A stretch of 64,000 nucleotides of DNA from Vicugna vicugna (lineage: Eukaryota), in contig MU058252.1 in the NCBI GenBank assembly GCA_013265495.1, positions 1,460,244 to 1,524,243 on the forward strand, in the 5' to 3' direction. The notes beneath the pieces are model-generated. The model saw nothing but the letters and a program-made list of their open reading frames with translations. It was not told the origin of the DNA and made no database searches. A program made the position numbers and the translations under genes. This document shows positions 1 through 10,130 of the stretch, in pieces. Positions within the stretch are counted from its first letter, which is position 1. Every line of letters begins with the position of its first letter.

Positions 1-1610
1 TCTGGAAGTGTTCCCTCCTCTTCTGTTTCTTGGAAGGATTGTTATTAATTCTTCAAATGTTTGGTAGAACCGTTTGGTTATTTTTTAAAATGATTTCTAT
101 TTCCTTATTGATATTCTTCATTTGATTAGACAGTGTGATCATACCTTGCTTAATCCTTTAATCCTTTTTTATTTTTTGGTTCTTTGAACATTTATAATAG
201 TTAATTTCATTTTTGCCTGCTAAGTCCAACATTTGGCCCCTCTCGTAGGCAGTTTCTGTTGCCTGATTTTTTTTATGTGTATGAGTCACACTTTTCTGTT
301 TCTTTACATAATTGGTAATTTTTTGTTAAAAATTAATCATTTTAGGTAGTAGATTTTAGTAAGTGCAGTGCTAATTCCCCCTCTTCCTCCCCTCAAGGCC
401 TGGGGTTTGTTGTTGTTGTTGTTGTCTTTGCGCTTATGTTCTCAGTGACTTGTCTGGGCTATTTTACTAAAATCTGTTTTCCTTCACTATGTGCACCATC
501 TGAAGTTGCTCATCAGAGGACACAGACTCAGGTGTACATAGCCACCTCTCTTTTTCTGATGTCTGTTAAGCTGTCTGCTACTTTTGATATCACACCCCAC
601 TGTTGCTGGCTGATTGTCCTACTGTTTTTAGTAATGCCCTGGGGCATACAATTTGCTACATTCTGACTCAGCTAAACTCAGACCCCTCTGCAGGAGCACT
701 CTTTGAGGCTTGTTTTGGGGTTTCGCTCTTTTCCCAGTAGGCTCTTTTTGGCTGTCTCATTCTTTGGTTCTTTCTGGTAAACTTGTAGCTGGTTTATAAT
801 TTACTTGTTGCTCTACTGAATTTACCAGCCTCCTCTTAAGTGCTTACTACTAAAATCTCCTTTATATGGGGGTGCACCCTTAGGCTAGAACTTTCTCAAA
901 TTCTGTTCCAAATAAAGTCAGTTCCCTTTGGGGCTCTCTAGCTTACAGCCTGCCTCTGTCCCACTGCTCTGCAGCTTTTCTCAGAGTGGCAGTGCTAGCT
1001 TCTCCTGGAGCAACACCCCTGCTTCTTCAGCAGGACGCTGGGGGGGGGGCCAATAGCCCTTGATCTTCTTGGCTCTTCTCTTCTGGCATAAATCACCTGC
1101 ACTTTAAGTGAGCTGGGGTGAAGGCTGTTGGAGCCCCAGTGTTCTTGGCCTGTTGTGCCTGGGGGCTGAGCTTCCACCATATGAGTGGGTACTGGGTGGG
1201 GAAGAAAGACCCAGATCTCTCAGCCACTTGTGCCAGGAATCAAGCTTCTTCAACAGGCATCTGGGGGAAAATAAGAAATGCTGGTGGCTTGTCCTTCATG
1301 GGAAGATACTGTAGCCTACAACTGGAAGCTGGAGAGAATAAGCCTTATGTTCTTGTCTGGGTTTGCCCAGGGCAGAGCTCCATCGTCCTGAGATGGGCCA
1401 GGGAGAAGGGGAAAGGAAGTAGGTCATGGCTCAAGTGCTACAGACTCTCCCTGTTCTCTTGGAAAGATTTAGATTTTCTTGAATCAATGTTTCCTCATTT
1501 GTTGTAGGCCCTTAGTGCATTTCCAGAGTAAAAGTAATTTTTACCAGTTATGGTGGTTTCACAGGAGAGGGTTTACAGAGCTCCTCAGGCCACTATTCCA
1601 GAAATCATCT
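1..1610 (-). mobile_element. Ancient L1 (L1M-type) fragments, ORF2 and 5' region
   Basis: T-rich strand bias and recognisable antisense L1 phrases (TTCCCTCCTCTTCT...TTCTTCAAATGTTTGGTAGAA). Confidence 0.65.
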
Positions 1611-4059
1611 CAATGGATTAGAATTACTTTTAAATTTTATGTGCTATTTGGGATGTAACTGTATCTTAAGATTTGGAAGGGACCTCTAATGTCAGTAAGA
1701 TCAACCTTTCAATTAATGAAGACATACCTAAACATCCTTGATTCACAGTCCTTTAATCTTTGCTTGGTGACAATTTATGACTTCCTATACAGGTTTGATG
1801 CTAGACAGCTTAAGTTAATATAAGGTCATTTTGACCTGAAATATGCCAGCAACTGGTAACTGTTTTGAAAGCAAATAAATTGTATAATCCATCTTGTTTT
1901 AAACAATCCCTCAATTATTCAAGACCAGGCATCAAATCTCCCTTTACTCTTTTCTTTTGAAAATTAATTAACCAAAATTTCTTTAAATGGAGAAATTTCT
2001 GAACCTCTAAACACTATAGCCACTTTTTTAAAATGTCTCTCTTAAAATTGGTCTAAATTAAATGCAAAAACCTAAATGTGATCCAATTAAGTCAGTTTCT
2101 GAGGCCACTACTTTCAGTAAAGAGGTAAAGGAAGTAAATGGATGGATAAACAGGTCAATATAGATGGACAGATAATTACATCAGTGCCTTTCAACAATAC
2201 CTTTGCTCAAACAGCAAAGGACAAAACTGGAGAGGAAGTGAACATAATATTCAAAGCTGGAATTTGGAGATCTCAGCTCTCCACCAAATTTCACTTGATT
2301 AAATCCTTCAAAAACCTCTGGGCAAATGAAATGTGCCTCTCCCTTACTTGAGATACAGGTGTGAGGTAAGGCAGAGAGGGGCCAGGAGAACAGTCTGGCT
2401 TCAGTGTCCACCTTGCATCGACATCAGCAGGAATGTGAACATAGCCTCTCTGGACGTGGCAGTCTGGGCGCCTCAGTAAGACAATTCAGAGCAGCACTGT
2501 GGGGAGAACTAACACAGGCACCGTGCTGGGGGGACGTGCTTATGTCTAGCCCAGTGGTTTGTATCCTAGCAGAAGTGGACGGCCAAGGTCTTCTGGTAGG
2601 GCTTAGGCTTAAATGAATTTATATTTGATTTTAACTCAACTTAGTAATTGCTGTTCTTGGATAAATTATTTAATCTCTGAATTGCAGACTGCCAACTATT
2701 AAAAGAGGATACTGTTTTCAGAAGGTTGCTTGGTGATTGGAGAGGGGGTTATAAGAAGGCATGTGAAGTGTGTTGTAAGTGTTTATATCACACAGCTTTC
2801 TTAACCACACATACTGGTGAAGAGAAAGGATGCAGAGTCAAGGAGGCTATCCATGAAACGAGGAGAAGTTTTAGCTTGGACAATGAATATTTGAAAGCAG
2901 AAAAGGATGAGAGTGGCTGCAGTTAGCAGAGGTAGTTGAGGTGAAGAGACTGGGTGAAGGAGGCACAATCCCCTCAGTCTCAGCCTCGTGAAGGCCTAGA
3001 AGAAGAAAGACCTTGAAGTTGTATGAAGTGTCTCCACCTGTGGCAAATCCGTATCAAGCCTATTCTGTGCGGGGTCCAAGCTGTGTCTGGAAGTGGCGAA
3101 GTAGAAAGGTTTCATTCTACCAACTCATCTCTTCTGGGTACTTTGTTCAATATGGCAGTATTACCCCAGGTAGTTTCCTAGTTCCAGTGGTAACCAAAGA
3201 AGCGTGAGGCCAGGTGAGGGGATTTTTTTAGGGGAGAATCCAATTCTTATTCAGATGTCTCCTTATATCAGTGCAGAAGTGGGCTTAGCATTTAATTTTT
3301 TTTCTTTAATGAAGACAAAAGAAGGATCACAGTGAAACCACTCACAAAGCTTTCAAGGCCTTAGGTAACCAGAGAAGCTCGTAAGGAGGCTTAATTAAAC
3401 CTAATTAAACCTGTATCTACGCTAGAAAATACTTATTTAGCTGAAGACTATTTAGTGTTGTCCTTTCATTCTTTGTGTTTTTCTTCACTATCTCGATACA
3501 TTAAAACGTATCTGAGGTTTATCTGGAGCCAGAATTTGAAAGGACATCAAGAAGGTTTTCCATCTGTATGGTTTTATAGTATGGTTGGAGTTATTTTCCA
3601 AATGAAAATCAGCAGATACGCAGTCCTCTGGTTACCATCTTCCAAGGATTCCAATTTTCCATCTGAACAAAACCATACTGTGGGACAGAATTTCAGCTTG
3701 ATCTTTCATTCCAGTAACTGCTATTAGATTCTACTATGGGTTATAGGTAAATCTTTGCCTATGATGTAAAAGAGCCAACTTTTTTTTTGTTTGAATAATC
3801 TCAAGTGCAGTGAATTCATGTCTGGAGAGCATCTCATACTTCACTTCCTAATATTGCTCCATTTTTTCCATCACAAATAGCTTATTATGAAAAAGGAAGG
3901 GGGCTGAGTCCTATACCATGTGGGTGCAATAACAGGGATGCCTGGTAGGGAGAAGGCACAACAGCCCTAGGGGCCAGAACATGAACAAGAGAAAAAGAGA
4001 GAGAGTTTCAGAAAGAGGGGAGATCCCAGGGCGGCACTGAGCGGTCTGAGAGTCCAGTT

Positions 4060-4225
4060 CTCTAAGGCCGTGATTACCGGAGTGCCATCCCCGACCAACC
4101 CTGGCAGCACCACCAGGGAGCTTATTAGAAACAAAGAATCCAGGCCTCACCTCAGGCAGACAGAATCAAAACCCGCACTTTAACAAAAGCCCCTGGTAAT
4201 CTGTACATACAGTAAAGAATCGCTA
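4060..4225. mobile_element. MER5-like hAT DNA transposon relic
   Basis: GGGAGCTTATTAGAAA...CAGGCCTCACCTCAG...GAATCAAAA...TTTAACAA resembles the MER5 consensus. Confidence 0.65.
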
Positions 4226-7200
4226 GTAAAGACACCAAGAGTTTTATACTTTTATGCCCTGATGGTCTCGCCTCATTTAGGCTTCTTGTAATACAGTCAC
4301 CTTAAAATGCACTCAGACTTAGGATGAACTTGGAAGAGGGTTCGTGATCACGTAGGATAAAGAGTCCCTTATGCTGTCCCTGTGTTAGCTCACAGTTTTC
4401 CCTAATGACTCAGTCAAGGAATACTTAATACACTCCTATGCGCAAGGTACTAAGACATGGGTTATAGAGGATGTACACTCTTTAACAAAACCTTAATTTT
4501 TGTGACTGGAAGACAGGCTATCTTTAAAATAGGAAATAATCCAGATACCCTGTTAGACTCTAATTCTCTAATGCATTAGATTTTTAAAAACCCTAACTGG
4601 CTGCCATGAGAAACAAGGCATGTTGCTTCAATAAATGTTCCATTCAACCAAATGTAAAATGCATGTTATTATACGGAATTAGATTTGTTCTCCCTGTACA
4701 CATCCTGCTCTTCATTAGATGAGTCCAATTTAAATACTACATTGAAAATTCAAGAGTCGTTTCGTAAGCTCTCTGCTAAACAAATACAACAACAATTTGA
4801 AGCATGGTGCAGTAGAAAGAAAACAGCAATGATGGATGTGGGTGGCGCAGAAGACTGCACAGATTACTTCAAGGTCATCCAGAGAAATAATTACATCATT
4901 GCCAATGAATTTGGTTATCTTAAAAAAAAAAAAAAAGTCAGGCTAGAGCACTTTTTCTACCCATATTGGCCGAAAGAACTCTGCTCTCCTGTGAACCAAC
5001 CAACAGCTACTCATTACTGAGTGCCTACTATATGCCAACACTGTGAAAGATACAAAAGCATGGGAAACAGAACTTGTTCTCCGAGAATTTATAGACTGGC
5101 AGGAAAACGGGATGCACATAAAAGTAATGGTCAAGAGAGTATATAAGAGTCAAATGAGGGAAGCAAACAAGTGTGCAGAAGTTTCCTCTGGTCTGGGGTG
5201 AGCAGGGAAGCTTCGCAGGGCCTGCAGGAGTTGAGCTGGGCACTGAGGCTCCATCTTAAGTTGAATAAAATGGTAGAACCAATAGTCTGGAGTAAAATAT
5301 TCTCCCTCCTCAGCCGTAGTTCTCATCGTGCTTTTCCCAAAAGAAACATTTTCTTGGGACTTTCTCATATCAGAGGTCTGATTCTAAGGTCCAAATGTGT
5401 TGGTCTTACTATGGTATTAATCATCCAGTTTAAAAAAATCATTTTTGGATGGAAACTTAGCTAATGCTAGCTACATGCTATTTATCTGGCAAAATGTTAG
5501 TGCATTAGCTTCATTTCAGCAGCCTCGTGGGTTTTTCCCTCCTGCTCTGGCCAAGAAGGATTCTAGTTGAAAACAGTCACATGAAACAGTGCAGTCACAT
5601 CCCCCTGCTATTGCACGTTCAGTGTGTCATCCAGGGCCATGCGCCTCACACATGGGGCTTCATAAATGTTGCTCGCAGATGGATTCACTAAAAGAACGAT
5701 TCTGGTGACGCTCCCTGGCCCATCTTTTCTACATTACAAGCAGAGAAAGTACTCAACGGCGAAAGAAGGAGGAGGGAGAAAAAGCCAGCTGGGATTTGAA
5801 AAATCAGTTGACTTGTTCTCATCAGTAATAGTACATGTTTTTGTTTACCCATCAACCTAACCCACTTGGAGGCTCAAGTAGGAATGAGGGGCCCTAACAT
5901 TATGCCAAAGCATAATTTTCAAAAGGTTAAAAGCATGATCTCATACACACATAAAATAAACATGTGGCGAGTGATTTTATTTAACTCATTAGTCAGTGAG
6001 GGAAATGGTAAAAGACTAGGTTCAACCAAGAATTGTAGGAGCTAGGAATAAATTTTAAAAGGAATGTTGGGGTAAGATTACCAGGTTAGATATAAAACTA
6101 GCTAATGTCCCGTGGGCCACAGGCGACACAACCTCTAGGGTTATCTTTCCCACTGGACACAAATTATTTGCACTTCTAACCAGACAAAAATCTACAAGTT
6201 AACCTCTGCTCCAACAGAGCCGTCAACGAACCCTAGTCAACAGTCAGAGGGGCAAGCCCAGCAGTGCACTGGAGGAACAGCTCCAAGCTTTGAATAATTG
6301 TTCCGACACTCAGAAGGGGCTCTCAAAGGGTAACGGCAAAGGTCCAGCCTCCCACTGGACTCGTGTGCAGGTCTTTACACTGCGGGTGACACTGTACCTG
6401 TCACAAAAGAACGCTGTTAGGGCAGGGATTCAGTCTGTACAGCTTGAGACAACAGGATTTGATTTGTGTAATGACAACACTCAGAGAATGTTCCAGTGAA
6501 CATTAATGAGCATAAAGATCATCTACGTGGCAACCTCAGTGATCTGGAACCCAGCTGAGAACCAACCTAGATACAAATTTAAAGGGTATTTAAGTCTGAT
6601 TTTTGATTTAATTCTAACAGTCTTGCTCATCTGGAGACTCCTGGACAAAGTCGTACACCCGCAGAGGAATACATTAACCCATAAGCTCCAAGGGCCACTT
6701 AGTCATAGGTTACGGCACCATAACCCCCTGAAGGCATCAGTGTCTTATAGTGAAGTCCTAGAAAGCATCTTTATGTAAGGGCCGGTTATCAAAAATCCTA
6801 AATTGTTTTTCAATAAATGCTATTCAAGAAAGTATGCAAATATGTAATTCAAAATTACTTCTATGAAAAACATTTTAATGCAAAAGTATTTGTATTTAAA
6901 GAGCTAACAAATGAATTCAACCCCTAGTATTAACTATATGTTATGTGCAGGATACCTTACTGGGTAGGAGCTGTACTAACAGGAATAAGATGTTCCTGCT
7001 TTCAGAACGCTTTTACGAGGGAGATATCTTAGCTGACATATTTAGTACGAGAAAGTCCTACTGACGTCCTAGCGCTCATGTAGAAACACACAGGAAGGAA
7101 CGAGTGACCCAGACCTGAATTAGAGGAAGTCAGGGAAGACTTCATGGAGAAAGGGACGTTTAGGGTGGGACCTGAAGGATTTAATTTCATTTGACTAGAA

Positions 7201-7591
7201 AATCCTCTAAAACAAATGACTGTGAATAAAGGAAGGTTGCCAAACTCTTTCTCAAAATGACTCCAATTGTGTAGAAAAATATATGTGATATTTATAAATA
7301 AAGACAAGTGACAAATTAAGATAAAAACATTAAGAAAAATGGACCCATATTGTGGACAATTCACAACAGACATAGGAAGGGCCAAAGAACACCCAAAATT
7401 GTACTTGATCTTCCTAATTACCAAAGAAAGGCAAAGTAAAGTGAGATACCCTTTTGCAGAGAGCAGCATAATGAAGATTAAAGAGAGGAATAATACTTGT
7501 GGTTAACAAGTGTGTAAAGAAAGTAGTGTTCTCAAAAAAAAAAAAAAGAGAGAAACTGGCGCTTTCATGTAAGTTATTAAGAATTTAAACT

Positions 7592-7777
7592 TGGGGAGAA
7601 GATGGCGGAGTAGAAGGGCGCTTGCAGCTCACCCTCTCCCACAAATACACCAAGACCCACATCTACAGACCCACTCAGCCAACCAGAGCACCTGCGGAAC
7701 TCCGACAGAACATCTCCCTCTTCAAAAGATAAAGACGCCAAAAATCTGGTAGGAGAAAAGGAAAAAAGAAAGAACAA
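7592..7777 (+). mobile_element. Isolated L1 5'UTR start with TSD
   Basis: Begins GGGGAGAAGATGGCGGAGTAG (L1 5' end with YY1 site), ends in an A-rich tract; flanked by AAGAATTTAAACT (7579-7591) and AAGAATTTCAACT (7778-7790). Confidence 0.8.
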
Positions 7778-9983
7778 AAGAATTTCAACTGGTACAACTT
7801 TTCCTTTAGAAATGCATTTCCACTGCAAATAGTTTATCCTATGAAAATAATTACACAGTACTGCAAAAACTGTATCTGTATGAATGTTACCAAAACAAAA
7901 AACAAATTTTTAAAAGGAAAGCAAAGAAACAAATATCCAACAATTGAGGACTGGTTGATAAATTACAGGTCCATGAAATATCATATAGCATTAAAAATTA
8001 TAATCACATAAAATTTAATGATGTGAAATAAATTTCAAAATATTGAGAAAAAAAAGTGTTATAGAAGTCTGGCAGTATACCAGAAACTAACACAACATTG
8101 TAAACTGCCTATACGTCAATTAAAAAAAGTCAGTCAGTATGATACCAATTTTGATTTTAAAAATGAAAGATAAGGATCATTATTTCCCTGTTTCTTTCCA
8201 GATTCTGCCCTTAGGTCTCATCTCCCACATTTAATTCTAAGCTGATACATTTTTTATTTCTTTGTGAGAAACTCTAGAATCAACTAGTGAAAGAGTATTT
8301 TTTAACTATCATAATAGTGCTTAAGAAAATCTGAAAGAGAATATATACCAATAAAGTTAATATAACTTTTAATTTTCTTAATTCTGTAAAGTGTCTGCAA
8401 TAAACATATTACTTTAAAATCAGAATCGCAAACGTGATTATTTACAAGTTGAAAAAAATTATCTATTTTAAACACTTACAGGAATTTAGTCTAAAAAAAT
8501 TAATCACAGAGATACAGAAAAAATGTTTGTAGAAGCACTGTCATAGCCCATGTTCCTCAGAAACAGAACATGAGGCCAAGCTTACATGCTAAAGGCTCGT
8601 TAGCGAGGGAAAGGGGGGTCAGGAGAGCCTACCTGAGGAGCACATGGAGAGTTTGCCCCAGCATCCTAATAGAGTCAGGTGGTCTCACAGGATGTCTCCA
8701 GGGCGCTGATATAAGGTACTGTGTCCAGGAGCGGTCCATTCAGGGGGAGTTAGGGAAAATAACTTATATAACATTTCCCTTCTTCTCCAGGCAGTTACTG
8801 GGGACGCCAGTGGGCAGGCACCTCAGATGGTCTTCATTATCAGTTGGTGCCTGGGGCTCCTTGATTTGTAGGGCTGTGGTGGCAGCAGCCGGCACTGGGT
8901 CCACAACCATGGGAGGACTATGAGTAACAGCCAGTCATCTCCTTGGAGCACACCAAGACCCACTCTCTGCTGCCGTAGATGGCTCCAAATTTGTAACTAG
9001 CATTGGTGTCATTCCCCTCTCCCACCATCTATTCAGATGACCCTCCCTTTCAGCCAGGCACTTTGGCTGGTCTGAGTTGCTTTCTGGGCAGGGTTGGAGC
9101 TCTCATGATCCTGCCCTTGTTGGGCCATGGATGCGTCATTGCTCACTTGCAGTTATCAGTGGCATGGAAACCTGACAAGATACCCTCATTTTATAAAACA
9201 AAGTGCATATCTACTCTTTTTACTCAAGAAAGGCATACCTCTCCCCTGTACCTAATCTTATTATGGACACTGCTGCCAGATTTAGAATCTTTTGAGGCAC
9301 CCCTCTCCCCCAAATTCCAAAATACAGGCAAGATGGGGGTGGATGTGGGGAGTATCAATTTGAAATACTGGTGTCTGAGAGGATTCCTTTAATTAAAGAA
9401 CCATAAGCTCACCTCAGGGTTTCATGCTTTTTCTCTCTCATTCGTCAGTGGTGGGACAGCCTACAGAGCGGATCAGTGGAAAAAACAGAATGCTTCTAAT
9501 GATCTAACATCTCCAGCTGTTTGGAAGAACACATCACTTCTGAAGAATGCCATGTGAGCAAAGAAGCATCAATACAAAATAGTGAAGGCAGAGGAGGCTT
9601 GCTTCATCCAGCAATAAAACGGCGAAGACTGATGCCCTCAACCTACCTACCTCCCACCTGCCTACTGACTACCCACCTATCCATCCACCCAGTGAGGAAA
9701 GCATTCAAGACTTGTAAATATCATCTTGGGAAATCCCCATCTGTCACAAAATGCACTTTCTCTGCATTTTCAGAGTTTGTGGCAAAGGGAAGGAACTTAG
9801 TAGGTCATGCATTTGTCATCATCTATTTCATAGAAGAGGGATGAAAATTTCCATGTTTACTTCTAACAGATGAACTTTACCACTTTCAATGAAAGAAACA
9901 TATATGCAAGGTAAGTTGAAGTCTGATGTTAAAGTTCTAGTTTCACTAACTTTTAGATTTCTGGATTCCAAAATCTAGCCTCA

Positions 9984-10130
9984 GGGGAGGACATAGCTGA
10001 GTGGTAGAGCTCATGCTTAGCATGCACAAGGTCCTGGGCTCAATCCCCAGTACCTCTATTAAAATAAACAAATAAATAAACCTAATTACCCCACAAAAAA
10101 CAAACAAAAAATTTAAAACAATAAAATAAA
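9984..10130 (+). mobile_element. tRNA-derived SINE (Vic-1-like)
   Basis: A box TAGCTGAGTGG, B box-like GGCTCAATCC, (TAAA)n tail with CCTAATTACC motif. Confidence 0.9.

Noticed and set aside
2142..2351. 69-aa ORF MDKQVNIDGQIITSVPF...
   Set aside because: Short, no family resemblance and no splice signals linking it to other exons.
4685..5020. Plus-strand 111-aa ORF (and 9521..9844) as genes
   Set aside because: No recognisable product or supporting splice structure; better explained as chance or as antisense shadows of the minus-strand exon-like blocks.
9984..10060. tRNA genes (A/B-box sequences here and at about 12 other sites)
   Set aside because: They are SINE heads with (TAAA)n tails and TSDs, without an intact cloverleaf.
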